A stretch of DNA of 64,000 nucleotides from NCBI GenBank assembly GCA_965235115.1, contig OZ249436.1:40178001-40242000 (forward strand). The letters run 5' to 3'. The position numbers were made by a program, and so were the translations under genes. This document shows, in pieces, positions 48,276 to 61,410 of this stretch. Position 1 is the stretch's first letter, and each line of letters begins with the position of its first letter. The stretch is from Laetmonice hystrix (Eukaryota). The notes beneath the pieces were generated by a model. That model made no database searches. It saw only the letters and a list, made by a program, of their open reading frames with translations, and was not told the DNA's origin.

Positions 48276-48936
48276 GGTGTCAAAAGGTGGCTTCTCAGTA
48301 CTCGTGTGTAGTCAAATGATGAAGATGACGAGGATATACAGCCGATGACGTGTGGCAAAGTTTAAAGAAGAACACCTGATTAATTTGGTGGGGCACTAAC
48401 TGAAATCAGGGATGCCTAACAGAAATTTGGTTGGCTAAATATAGAGATCAGTGCACAAGTCATGACTCCGGTTTTTTCTATAGCTTTGGTACAAAATTCC
48501 CTCTGCTCCCCACGCAATAGGGTCTGCCAATATGAAACAAACAAAATGAGCCTAATCCTATCAGCCATGTCTCTTTGGTAATTATCATAACTCCTTGTGT
48601 TTGATCAGCCTCGAATCTGGATCCTGAGACCTCAGACAGCACACGAGTACTGTTTTCTCTCCCACAGGCATACTGGCATGTACTTTGAAAAGAAGGGTGC
48701 TTCTTTTTTGTCTTGATTAGAAGCTTACTAATGCTTTACTAATGTTTATTTTAATTCAGATGAAGTCATATACAATTAAGTAAGTGGCAATAATGTGATT
48801 TGTTCCTACACAATTAAAACTGTTGCCGAGTTTGATTGTTTTTATGCAAGACTTGCATGGAAATCCTTATGGCCAATATGGGGCCTAGCTGACACGAAGT
48901 GCAGACGTAGCAGCTCAGACTGCAAGCTGTCAGGTC
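48276..48936 (+). repeat. Dispersed duplicate of 19208-19765 (longer copy)
   Basis: Direct alignment by eye; the ORF-track peptides 19623.. and 48795.. share ~45 aa. Confidence 0.92.
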
Positions 48937-50772
48937 ATGAAAGTTACACATATTATAGATTACAAAGATATTCTCATTGTGCATGGACATACGTTTGTGT
49001 CCAAATCTGCTAGGTTTTAAATACCAGTTTAGATGGCTTTTCTGGTCTCCGACTTATCTTAGGAGTCGTGGATCCCACACAAGTACTTCAAATCTCCACA
49101 TAGTACTGCTTGCCCACACTAGTAATAGTCCAGATCGATCCAACAGCGTGAATATGAATATTTTTGTTCTGCACGATTTGGCTTATTTTTAAAGGTGTAT
49201 TTTATGGGGAAACATGACAAATCGGTATTTCAAAGAACTTTCGCTGTTTTCATGAAGAGATCCCTCATTAAAATTGCTTGGTAAACTTATCAGTTCCATT
49301 TTGCGTGAGAAATCGAAGTTTTTGAAGCCCCCTAGCTGGCTTTCTGGAAAAACAGCTCTGCCCATCGTTTGCACGTGGCTTTTGTTGACACACGTGACAG
49401 GCAGAACCCTCGCGCATGCTCAGACGGTTTGTTTTGAAGCGTTTCACATGGCTTCGAACGGGATGGATATGGCGAGTATAAACGCCAAACATTTCGTGTG
49501 TACGTTTAGTTTTATCAGTCAGGAAATTGTCTGACACTCGATCGTGGTGGAAGGAATCGGGAATGCGGCTCCGTACGTACCTACCGACCGTGCCCCGTGT
49601 GTCCACCCCCGCTCCCCCAACACACACAGCCTGACCGGCCGATCGTGACCTTGTCGCGCGACACTCGACTGTCTCGAGCCATGCAGTCTAGGTGCCACTG
49701 CCAACGACCCCGCCAACCTCGCCAGCGGCCCCCTGCCTTGGTTTTCGAGACTGACTTGCTGTCTTTTCCAACTTCTGTATCTTTCTTTACTTGCCCGCTT
49801 TACCGCTGATTCCGATATGCGAGTGCAGCTGCTGAATTGTTTACAACTAAGCGAAGCACGTGACCAAGCACGACTCGCCAACGGCAGAGGTCAGAGGTCG
49901 CGCATGCGCGGTAGGAACTAGTTTGGCACGAGAGCACACACAGGATGTGACGTAGTACGCGATTACACGGGTTGATGGGAGGTTGTCTCCTAAATTATGG
50001 CGGGAGATGTGCAATCGGGAGAAATCTATAGGTTTGGTCGAATAGAATCTACTTGTGCTGCATACGCAGCGAAAACACGCCGGAGAACAAAATGCTGTGG
50101 TAGGATTATTTACTTGGATCCCTAGTACACGGTCATGTTGGATAATCGCCGGAAATCCTCAAAAATGTACATTTTAGCATGCCCTTTTAACACAGATTAC
50201 ATATCACTCACGGCCCAAATAGGAACATGCGTGCTAGCTTACTACACCTGTGACATAAAGTAGGCATAGGCCTATCGAAGAGGGGCATCAACACTGATAT
50301 TCAGCATTTCAACATTTCATTTCAGGAAATGGGCGCGAATGTGAGCGTGGCTGTGAGGTTGATGATCTATCGATAGAGAGAAGGATGTAGCCGCATCTAG
50401 AACAGAAGTTTTAGTCCTAGTCGGTTATTAGCCCCCCCCCCCCCGACCCGGATTAGCCCCCCCCCCCCGACCCAGATGGAAGGGGCGCATTGGGGGAAAG
50501 GAATGTCCCTCCCAAGTGGCGTGTCATGTTAGACCTTTGTGACCAGTGTACCAGTGTAAACATAGTTAATACATTAGGTATTCATGGCAATTGTTTCATT
50601 GTTTTGATTTTTTTTGGGGGGGGGGGGAGGGTACTTTTCCATCTGTTTTTACGGAAAAGACAAGTTTGTAGGCCTAAATCTGTTTTTCTTTCTTTTCAGG
50701 AGAATAACCATATGCCTTTAGGCTGCCGCAGACAAAGATTTATTTGCGATAAGGGTAAAGTCGCGGGAACGA

Positions 50773-51669
50773 ATGGCGATGTACTTAGCCGAAGACTGGA
50801 TTATACTGACTGGATTACCACCTGTAGTCGTTTTCGGTCTCCTTGGCAACATACTGTCCATCATTGTCTACACATCGAAACGGTTTCGCTCTACAAATCT
50901 AGCCTTGTACCTGATCATACTTGCAATAACTGATTCAGTGGTTTTGCTTGTTAATCACTTGTCTTATCTTTGGGCCAACCTTATAACAGGGACCCCAGTT
51001 ACTTATTCGCCACCACTATGTAACGCCCTCATTTACTTCTACAGTGCGTCAAGGCTGTATGGAGGCTGGGTGATATCAGCCTTGAATATCGAGCGAGTGA
51101 TTGTGACAAAATGGCCACTCCACGCCAAAACGTTATGTACAAGAAAGAGGGCAGCACTGGTGCTTGGTTCGATGGCTATTGTGGCATTTGCGTTGGTCCT
51201 GTGTTCGCCACTTCTTATCCCTCACGGGACATGTGAGGCTTCCTGCTGTTATGATGGATCACCCACCACGACGGTTATCGTTCTGTTTTTGGTTTATACC
51301 TTTTTCTACAGCGTCTTACCATTTGTTGTCATTGCCACGTGCAACGTTCTGATCATACATCGCCTGTATCGACGTAGGGCGTTAAGAGCAGATTGCGCCA
51401 GAGGGACTGCCGACAGCCGCCGAATCACCATCATGTGCATTGTCGTTGGGATTGTGTATCTGGTGTTTACCTTACCAGATAGCCTGTTGCGCATCATTCA
51501 CGGACCTCTTAATCTTTCCAAGAACCTGTATAGCATCCTCTTTCAAACGTTTGCCATCATGAGCCTACTTAACAGTGCTGTTAATTTCCTGTTATACAGC
51601 ATCGTTTCGCCATTATTCCGCAAAGATTTTGTCGCAGTCATTTGTTGGCGGGCATCAAGACCCAGATAA
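50773..51669 (+). CDS. Rhodopsin-like (class A) GPCR, orphan invertebrate peptide-receptor-like; N-terminus may extend via an upstream exon
   Basis: Seven hydrophobic segments; TM1 GLLGN, TM2 LAITD, TM3 C...NIERV, TM5 VLPF, TM6 FTLP, TM7 NSAVNFLLY, helix 8 FRKDF; frame open upstream to a candidate acceptor cctttag at 50721. Confidence 0.93.
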   Translation: MAMYLAEDWIILTGLPPVVVFGLLGNILSIIVYTSKRFRSTNLALYLIILAITDSVVLLVNHLSYLWANLITGTPVTYSPPLCNALIYFYSASRLYGGWVISALNIERVIVTKWPLHAKTLCTRKRAALVLGSMAIVAFALVLCSPLLIPHGTCEASCCYDGSPTTTVIVLFLVYTFFYSVLPFVVIATCNVLIIHRLYRRRALRADCARGTADSRRITIMCIVVGIVYLVFTLPDSLLRIIHGPLNLSKNLYSILFQTFAIMSLLNSAVNFLLYSIVSPLFRKDFVAVICWRASRPR

Positions 51670-51976
51670 ATGAACAACTTTTTTTTTTACTGCCGTCCTT
51701 GATAGGAACATTCCCGATTAAAATATTCAAAAGTCGGATCAAAATCCTCTGATTCGTGGCTGGAAATTTGTAAAGACTAAGGGTTTAAACATGATTTTCA
51801 GTGTGTGGCCCCAGATCACAGCACCAGGACCGAGACGGAACGTCGAGGTCCGAGTGCTGTTATCTGGGGCCACACACTGAAAATCATGTTTAAACCCTGT
51901 TCTACCATGACAATACCATATCTTAGACACTATTTTATTTCATAAATAATACCTAAAATATCAGAGAAAAGGCTTA

Positions 51977-52743
51977 AGCCAGGTACACACGGGCGACCTG
52001 AAAAGCCGCGACTTGCGTCTTGCGACTGACTTCTCAGGTAGCGGGGACCTTTTATACATGCTTCTTGACCAGCGCGTCACTACTTTTTAGATCTTGCGTT
52101 TTGAATCAAGACGCCTAGCAAAAGCACTGTTCACACGAGCGTTCGTAGATCTATACGCTGCTACTCGCGTTTTCAAAATGGCCGACTCGGACTCCGACCT
52201 CGATGATCTAGAGATAATTACCACAAAAGTCCATATCTTAAGTGCAATTTTGACAACGCGAATGCGCCGTTCGGTTAGGCGTAGGAAGTGGGTGAAATGG
52301 TTAAAATGTTTAGCCAGCTCATCGAAGTTTTGTGCCCTGACGCTATTATTTTTGTAAAATTCGTAGCTTGGGTCGTAGAGTGCAGGGAAGCGCTCCCACT
52401 GTTCCACTAATTTGTGGAGATCAATTTCTTCAACTTGAGCAATCTTGAACTTGCCCAGAAGCACATGGCCCAAATCATCAGTGACACGCGTGCCTATGAC
52501 GTAATCATGTGGTCATGGGCGTTTTGGATTGGCTGAACAACTCTAAGACGAAGCCTAGTCGCCGCGTCTAAGACGCAAAAGTAGAACATGTTCTACTTTG
52601 GCAACCTAGACGCGACGTCTTGCGTTTAGACGCAAGAAGCAAGTCGCAGTACTATTCAGACGCGCGTTTCAGGTAGGCGTCTTGACAAGTTTGGTCGCAA
52701 GACGCAAGTCGCCGCTTCTCAGATCGCCCGTGTGTACCTGGCT
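51977..52743. mobile_element. Harbinger deletion derivative with convergent transposase and MADF stubs
   Basis: 20-bp TIR agccaggtacacacgggcga; + strand MADSDSDLDDLEII...RRSVRRRKWVKW from 52178; - strand LVEQWERFPALYDPSYEFYKNNSVRAQNFDELAKHF. Confidence 0.82.
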
Positions 52744-52873
52744 TTTACCGAGTTTATAAGCTCTACATTACGACCGTGTTTACAAGTGGCAGTGCATTCC
52801 GAGCACGTTATGAAAGGCACCACCTCAGTGGTTCATATCAGTCTAATTGTGACGCTCTCACAATTGTTAGTAA

Positions 52874-53242
52874 AGGCCGGTTTATAGTCCGTCGGCCGAC
52901 CATCGGCCGACCATCGCTGAACGTTTATAGTCCAGCGATCCGGCCGTCGACCGACCGATCGCTGGGAGTTAAGGCCGGTTTATAGTCCGTCGACCGACCA
53001 TCGGCCGACCATCGCTCGACGTCAGGTCAAAGTTCACCTAGGTCGGCCGACGGACTATAAACTGGCCTTTAAGCCTGCGTGAACTTTGACCTGACGTCGA
53101 GCGATGGTCGGCCGATGGTCGGCCGATGGTCGGCCGACGGACTATAAACCGGCCTTTAAGCCTGCGTGAACTTTGACCTGACGTCGAGCGATGGTCGGCC
53201 GATGGTCGGCCGATGGTCGACCGACGGACTATAAACCGGCCT
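52874..53242. mobile_element. Harbinger MITE (23420 family) with internally reiterated ends
   Basis: TAA TSD; ggccggtttatagtccgtcg and its complement occur several times. Confidence 0.82.
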
Positions 53243-53478
53243 TAATTGTGTCGTCGTCATTGTGATTGTGTCGGCATAATTAAATAGATTCTGAACCAAT
53301 CACGTTCTATCTTACAACCGCTGACCGTGCTGTTGGTCGCTTTTACCGTGCTGTTGGTTTCGAGACAAACAGCTGGTCTCGAGACCAACAGCACGGTGTT
53401 AATCCATCGTTCTCTATAGGGAGTGCACGGCTAGGCATGGTAGAACATAAATGTATTTAATCACGACAACATAGGCTA

Positions 53479-53947
53479 CCGTTGACACACCAACAAGTGT
53501 GATGGCAAGCGATATTGTAGTGCTATCGAAGCGGTATAAACGATACCGCAACAAAAGCGATATAACTCTCGAACCCGTTGACACACTGCCACTTAGGCCT
53601 ATATCGAAACCGCTCCGCTATCATTCCGATATTGCTGTGTCACCAGTAGCAAAACGAATGCGCCATTAGGGCCTACGAGGGCTATTACGGGAACGCATGA
53701 CGTCATCACGACCGGAAGGGGGGTTGTCACGTGGTCTGAAGCGAGTTCGTGGCGCGAAAGTCACTGTTGATACACCGAAACTATTCCGCTATAAGGTGTT
53801 GCGCTATGACCACCTCAGGAGCAGGAATTTCTTATTACGCTATCGTTGCGCTATCGTTTCATATCGGGCGTGACACACCAACATTTTATAACGCAATAAC
53901 TTTTTATATCGGCTTGAGAGCGCTACAAAATCTCAGTGTGTCAACGG
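53479..53947. mobile_element. TA-TSD MITE
   Basis: ta|ccgttgacacac...gtgtgtcaacgg|ta. Confidence 0.75.
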
Positions 53948-54412
53948 TATGGTCAGATATTGTTCAGGAAGCGTCCCGATTCAGCCGTTTCCAGCCGAAT
54001 TCGTCCCGATTATCCCATTCTCAATCCGATTCTGCGATCCGACAGAGATCAGACAGTGATCAGACAGTGACGGTTCGCATTCAGCAAGATCTGGACGCAA
54101 TCTGAACTCAATCAGCAAGAAATGGCAATGAAAAAAATCTCCAGATCATGCCCGTTCCACAGGACATCGTCCAGACAACACGGGACATTGAACATTACGA
54201 TTTTGATCCGATACAGCAGAATCTGTCACGACATAGTCACGATTGTAATCCGACTAGACAAAATCGGCTGAGTTTCCCGAATGTTACGGGACGCACATGA
54301 CTGTCGGGAGTGCTTGGCTGACCTCTCCGGACCATTCCCGATCCGTAGGACTCTGTTACAAACGTATACGACTGCGTTCAGACAAGGATAGGACATTCCA
54401 GATCTGTTCCGT

Positions 54413-55733
54413 GGGTCATTCTCCTGAAAACGTATAAAACCCGAAACGAAAAACCAACAAAAAAAATCTATTCCAATCAAATTCGTTTTTATTATCTGAA
54501 ACATACATTATATGAACATTTTAAAATGACATATACTTGAGCTCCCACCTTCATACAACCCTAAAATTTTTGGAGGAAATGTTCCTAACCCATGACCTTT
54601 TTGTCAGTGGTGTGACCCCCACAAATCTTGGTGCATACTGACTGCAAAGATGTTGAATTCTAACGGTGCATTGTTAAATATTTTCCACTTAGGTCACCTG
54701 GACAGGAAATATAGCTATATTTCCTGTAGTTGAAAAAAGTGATCTTATGGCAGTGATTTCATCACTGGTCACACCACTGACAAATTACATAAACACCACT
54801 GACGGCTAGTAACACCACTGACTTAAATTGACTTAAACATCACAGACAGCATGCGTCGTGCGTCATACGGTGTGTTTCCAGCTTAACATCTCATATTGAA
54901 CCACCCAAAAGAACTTAACATGTTGTAGAGACCTTGACTGTTCTCAAAATGTCAGTGGTGTTACCAGGAGGTGTCACACCACTGACGCGTAACACCACTG
55001 ACATTTTATGTTTAAATAATGACTGCTCCTGACCATTGACCATGTCATCAAGGTTAATTGTGTTTTGACACAGGGCTACACTTACTTAATCTGCACATGT
55101 AATTTCTTAAGAATATCTGGTATAATAAGGGTGATATTAAGGTAACACTACTGACACCTAATTAAAATACTCAAGAGACTTGACCAAAATAATTCCATTT
55201 TTTTAAAAAACCTGTAAAACTTCGCTAACTGTTTCACGTGTGTCTGTGGCCAGGAAGTCGTATTGCCCTCTCGTGTTGAAAAATGGAACTTCAGGGATCA
55301 GTTATTATCTCAAATGTGAGATCTGGTGTCTGGTAACACCACTGACAAAAAATGCGGTGACGGCCGTTGTAGTGTAATTTTTCAGAGAATAACGTGTATG
55401 ATCAATATTTTTCTTGTATAAATTAATTAAAGGCATCATTCTTTTATATAAATATCAGTAACTTCAAGCACATTTAATTATTAATGTGCTTGAAGGAAGA
55501 AACAACATTGGAGACCAACATTAGGGACAAGCGATTTTGCTCATTTTTTGATTCCTCAGTGGCTGTAAAAAATTAGATTACCACATAATATACTATAAAT
55601 AGAGTGTTTTTTACAAGAAAGACATTAATTAATCATATTACGTTCGAAATTAGTGGTCTTGTTCATTTTCTCCAGAAATATTCTGATATAAATAGCAGTG
55701 ACGTCACTTTATACGTTTTCAGGAGAATGACCC
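54413..55733. mobile_element. GGG-terminal TIR element with ACACCACTGAC subterminal repeats
   Basis: 26-bp TIR gggtcattctcctgaaaacgtataaa; several acaccactgac/gtcagtggtgt motifs; TSD unclear. Confidence 0.75.
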
Positions 55734-55976
55734 CCAGATCATTGAGGATAGTAATCCGACTTTTTCACTTTTCGTGTCGTAGCACTGTCTGATTTCAAAT
55801 GGGAGCCATAATCGGCACCGTGTGACCCCCACATTACGAACGTATACGACTGCGTTCAGACAATGATATGACATTCCAGATCATTGAGGATAGTAATCCG
55901 ACTTTTTCACTTTTCGTGTCGTAGCGCTGTCTGATCTCAAACGGGAGCCATAATCGGCACTGTGTGACCCCCGCAT
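55734..55976. repeat. Tandemly duplicated (142-bp period) right end of a Harbinger-like element
   Basis: ccagatcattgaggatagtaatcc...gtgtgacccc at 55734 and 55876. Confidence 0.7.
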
Positions 55977-57351
55977 AACAGAACTCAGAGCTCCCAATTT
56001 TTTATAGGCTGATATTGATGCACGACTTCATTGCTTCTGATGTGGGGCTTTGACCGTCACATCGCCCCCCCCCCCGCCCCCCGCCCCCCCCCCCGTGGCA
56101 AAGGTTACTTCCTGCTACCAGAAAAGTCGTAACGGTAAAACAAGACCGCCACTTTGGCACAGAGAAATGCTATATGCAGTCAAGTTCAGAACTTGAAGAA
56201 AAATGAAAGATGGCGTAATATTCAGTTGTCTGAGATCGCGCGGACTGAGGGTGAACTCAGTCAAATACGAGACTTGCGTGCCATAAATGCCTTTGCAAAA
56301 TCAAGGAACATTAACTCGAGACTGAGGGAAAGCACTCACATAATTGATGGGAAGTTGTACAAGCATGCAGACATACCTGCTACATGCATAAACTCCCGAC
56401 GTGTCCGTATATAGGGAAGGTTACCGGTATCGTACCGGTTACCCCTATTGTACCACCTATTTTCCCGCGAAATGGTTGGAGATAGATATCCAATCACCAT
56501 ACTGGGCAGTAGCGACACCAAGCAGAAAAGACGGGACTGCATCACAATGGCGCTGAGCAGGGGGAATTCGGCAAGGTAGAAAAAAAAACTCTTTTAATGA
56601 CATTTGAAGTAATTTTGGAGATCACTTCTTCAAGTGATGCTTTTCTGGAATATGTAGAGACCAGGATTATGTATAACTCATCGAAAGCTTCGAAGTCTTT
56701 GGTATGGTTTGACACACTTTTCAAACTGAAATGGCATTCGCTTGTTGGCTTGGCCCCGGTTTCATTTTTGACGGTCACGTCTTACGTCTCGTACCACCTT
56801 GAGTCTTCTGTATGGTACCTAGTACGATATAGATAACCTTATGGTACGATACAGATGACCTATCCAAAACCTATCAACCTATCGACGCTGGTCATTTCCT
56901 ATAACTGTCGTTCCAGACAAAAGCTTGCTAAGTGATGTCACAAGTATAAATCATACCCAAGTAAACTATTAAGCGTTGCATTAATGTACAACTTAATTTT
57001 AATTAAGTCACTAATAAGTCACGTATATCGTTCCAGGGAGTTATTGGTATAGTACCTCTGGTACGATTTCAATGACCCGGTGGTACTATTCGCAGACCTT
57101 GTCTCTAGTTTCGTACCTTTTGAGGAAAAGTTTTTACCTCTTTGCAAACCTTCTGTATGAATGTTAGACTATCACTTGGTGTACAGTATTGTAGCAGTCT
57201 ATAGACAATATGCTATGTTGGGATTTCATGCTCTTAGGTAATATGCTCTTGATACTAGAGCATTTCCTGCTTAAGTGGTACGAAACCGGTAACCTTCCCT
57301 AAACTGCTAAGCTTGTCAACCAGATGGATGGGTATTTCAAGGTCATCACGT

Positions 57352-57650
57352 CCCAGATAGCACCACGTTGTCGGGCCGACGGCGACTCTCAGCGGCAACA
57401 AACGTCGGGCCAACGGTCGGTGCCCGTGTGGCACCCAGTACCCAGTGTCGGGCCGATGGCGGGCCGATGGCGGGCCGATGGCGGGCCGATGGCGGGCCGA
57501 TGGCGGGCCGATGGCAGCTCTCAGCGGCAGCAAACTGCTGTCGGGCCAACGTCGGCCCACGGTCGGCGCCCGTGTGACACCCAGTGTCGGGCCGATGGTG
57601 GTTCTCAGCGGCAGCAAACTGCTGTTGGGCCACCGTCAGCCCACGGCCGG
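57352..57650. mobile_element. CCCAGATAGCAC-terminal element fragment with 11-bp gcgggccgatg repeats (relative at 58852-59165)
   Basis: Shared 5' terminus cccagatagcac; GGGCC-rich internal repeats; no right TIR found. Confidence 0.5.
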
Positions 57651-60129
57651 TGCACAGGGGGTTTTAACCGGAAGTAACCGCGGAAGCCGCCGTTACAGTC
57701 GCCACATTGAATGATCTGAACAGACTGCATTGTACGTTGCAGGATTTTTTTTATTATTATTATTTTATTGGATCCACAACAATCGCCTAGGTTGGCGTTC
57801 TTCCTTGTGTGGGAAAAGGAAGTCGCACAATACAGTTATAACTGATAACTTAGATGCTTTTTACACTCTAGACTTCCAGGAACAGAACAACAACAGTGCT
57901 TATACAGCAAAAATTAAAATTATACATTATACTTCTAGATATGTTTTATCTCATTCCACGTATTTTAACATATACACATGTACTTACAAAATAATGCATG
58001 ATGTGAAAATAAATGAGTAGTTGGGTAAGCGGTTAATAAACAGACAAGAGAATGAGCTACGCGTTACATGATGAAGATGGAATTATAGGATTTGGGTTAG
58101 GCCCATGGCTCTTTTAAATGTTTGTGGGCAGCGTTAGATCTATACGTTGCACGTCAGCATGGAGCATGCCCCACAGTTTCAGACCGCGTTGCACGGGTCT
58201 TCTATTGTAAAAGGCACAGCGGCCTCGCCGGCGTACAAAATGTAATTTCAGGTCTCCTCGTGTTATTTGTCTTAAGTTAAAGTGACATCGATAGTATCTT
58301 CGGGAATAAAACACTTACCTGTCTCCTATAATCACCTATTGACATATGAAGACATACTGCAGTATGATGATTTTTGTTAACTAAAACTCGGACCGAAACT
58401 AAAACATGATAATTAGCAGAAGTTTAAATTTGCCTCCGCTCTCCGGAAGGGGCGCTGCAACAGACCTCGAACAACATCCCATAATAATCCTAGGTCTTCA
58501 GGTATCGCTCCGGCTAAGCAATGAAAGTCGATGTATGCAGCAGTATCAGCTAAAAAACTGATCGGTGGATGGCCTTGAAACCCCACACTCCGAGCGTCAC
58601 CTTAGACTGTGAGAGGCGCACAGCACTGTGCGTGGGGAAAAATGGCCAAGCGGTTCGAAGGCAGAGCGTTAGATTGCAACGGAGTCAGCTGAGCATTCTC
58701 ACATTACATTTGGTTGGTCTCACTTCAATTTATTTGAGGTTTACATGTGGCACTAAGCTGATTTATATGGCAGGGGTTCGATATTAGCAGGTTTTAAAAA
58801 TTGTGTACCTTTAACTATTGCCTCACCCGCCAAAGCCTTTTTATGCATAATCCCAGATAGCACACCGCCGATGGCCTGCTGTTGGGCCACCCATCAAAGC
58901 ACCAGTGGCCCGCCGTCGGCAGCCGCTGGTGGCCCACTGGTGTCGTGACCAGCTGGTAGCCGTTGGCCCACCGGTGTAGATCTATAGCCAATGATGGGCC
59001 AACGTTGGCCCGCTGAAGACAAAATAGCACACAGCCGATGGCCCACTGTTGGGCCACCATCAAAGCACCAGTGGCCCACTGTCGGCAGCCGCTAGTGGCC
59101 CACTAGTGACGTGACCAGCTGGAAGCCGTTGGCCCACGGGTGTAGATAGCCACTGATGGGCCAACAAAAAAATAACTTTCGGGCCCAACGACGTATTGTC
59201 TACAATATACGTGCGGTTCGAACACTGTAATAACGGGCACCATATCGTTGCGCTAGTGTTCCACAGTAGAAGAATCAAGATACGATCAGACACAGGGGTG
59301 CACACGTGACTGACTGTTGCCAAGTGCATCCTGCTCGTTCCAAAAGTAGCGGGCGGCTGACTACAAAGTTGTGCACACCTGCCGTACGGGGCGGGCCTTG
59401 TCTGACTTTGAAGTAACGTGGCTCATCATTGGCTCACTCACAATATAGAATCGGGTGTCTGTGGATAGCAGAGCTCTTGCCACCCAGGCTACACCGCTTG
59501 CCAGTACAACATCACCGACATCAAAGTATTGCAAGCTCTTGCTCAGATCACACACTGATTGTGGGACTACCGCGCTGTGCTATTGTGGACTTGGCAATAA
59601 AGAAAGGCATAACCATATAAGTCCGTCCTTTGGGACATGCAATGTAATTGTAACCACCAATTACCTTTTCTACTTAACGGCAGTTATCCTGGAGTTTTAT
59701 GGGCTAACTAAGTAGACGGTTATTTGACTATATTTCTGGGAGAGGGAGCTGCGACTCCCCCCCCCCCCCCCCGGTGTCCGGTGCACGTTTTGGTCCAGGT
59801 CTTGAGGAGGCCGCCGGTTCATTAGCAAAAGGACAGCGGAACGGACCACAGCACATGTTGATTTTTTTTTCCTTTTTCACTTTGATTATGTAATAAACAG
59901 GCCGGAGTTGTCTTCTCCTGGCGTCGTGCCCAAACTACAATGGTTGTTCTCGTCTCATTCAGTGTACGAACCCATCAAAATATACTCCTTATTCTGGAGT
60001 TTTTATCCTCCTTCTATTATGTGGGGTACCAGTTACATATACTAACTTGGAACGCCACTTCCGGGGTGTCGTCTGATGTGGGCAGATATCTATACAATTA
60101 GCGGACTTGTTCCTACAGGGGGTTACCTG

Positions 60130-61410
60130 GATGTGTTATTTTAAACGGGAAAATGTGATTTTAATGCCTCTACCGAACAATATGAGAGAACGTGGGAAGT
60201 ATTATTGTTGTTGGGGAGAAGACGATTATGGAATGTACACGTAACACAGATCTCCCGGTTTTATATTCGTCATCCTGGACTTTGTGTCATGTCTATCCTT
60301 CATGACTTGGTGTGCTTCGGTTAACTCTTCAGCTGCTCGTTCCGTGATATTTTGTTGTGTGTTGACAATGTTCAGCAAGGCGTCCTTAACTGATCTTGTT
60401 TCTTTGTCGAAACACGGTAGCTGAGCTTCTGAGGGGGTGCAAGCAATTCTTCCAAAAAGTAGCATGTATGGGCATAGCCGAGGGCGCCGCCATAAGCATC
60501 ACTAATATTGTACGCGAAGACCAGGGCGGGCAGCATATACAAATCCCAGTCCCCCTGTTCCTTATCGACAAATGCTCTGAAGCCATTAATGATGGTTTGA
60601 TTGGTTCTTGCTACCAGGCCCTGGGATTGTGGGTGGTATAGGCTACCAAATACTTGTTTGATACCGAATTGTTGCTAAGCTTGTTTGAATATATTTCCCG
60701 TGTAGGCGGGACCGTTGTCCGAGCATATTTTACTGAGGAAGCCATATATACATAATAATGACATTATTGAAAAGTTCTCTGGCATTTGTTGCTGAATCGA
60801 TTGCTTTGGTTGCCAATGCGACGACATATCGTGTGCAGTAGTCGACCACAGCGTGGATGTATGACATTCCGCGGCCAGAGGTGTGAATTGGCCCCACGCT
60901 GTCTATAGAAATGGTTTCGAACGGTCTCGACGACGGAGATCTTCTAAGGGTCATTGGGGGGACCGACTTGCGATTAGGGTGTTGGCTTTGAGACACGAGT
61001 GGCAAGTGCTGACGTAGACCCTAGCGTCTTTGTTCATTGTCGGCCATTGTCGACAGCATTTTCATGAAGCCTTGATATCCCGCCAGAGAGGTGTCGTGAT
61101 ACGAACGCAGAGGGGTGTCGTTATACGAACGCAGCATATCCTGTACCCACGTGTCAGGTATTACAGCTTGAGCCGAGAGTTTGCTAAACTTAGCAAACAG
61201 ATCTGACGACATGTGGTACAGAATGGACTCAACTAATATGAAGTTGTTGTCTTGCTGAAGAAGCAAATGTCGTGCTACGGCATTGTCGTCTGGAACTTTT
61301 CCGTCTTCCAGATAATCAATCATTGCGCGGCAGAATTTATCTTTGCGCTGCTCGTCGGCCACTTGTTGTGGTGTTGGTGCGAGGTGCGGCACTTTAAGCA
61401 AAGTATCTAA
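60130..61410 (-). mobile_element. Decayed Ty3/Gypsy pol fragment (integrase Zn-binding, core and C-terminal parts)
   Basis: QRKDKFCRAMIDYLEDG..ILYH..VIP..HDTSLAGYQG; PFETISIDSVGPIHTSGRGMSYIHAVVDYCTRY; LLFGR..KPGDLCYV; frameshifted; no LTRs seen. Confidence 0.88.

Larger units (their letters stand above)
51778..53446. mobile_element. Second copy of the hairpin-headed element, with two nested Harbinger elements
   Basis: Ends match 36209-36702; interrupted at 51977 and 52874. Confidence 0.8.

Noticed and set aside
49193..50186. Possible TTAA-bounded Kolobok element or CpG-rich promoter for the GPCR
   Set aside because: TIR match too weak, and the GCGCATGCGC motifs alone cannot distinguish a promoter from TE interior.
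57255..57714. Overlapping Arg/Gly/Pro-rich ORFs
   Set aside because: Products of an 11-bp GC-rich tandem repeat.
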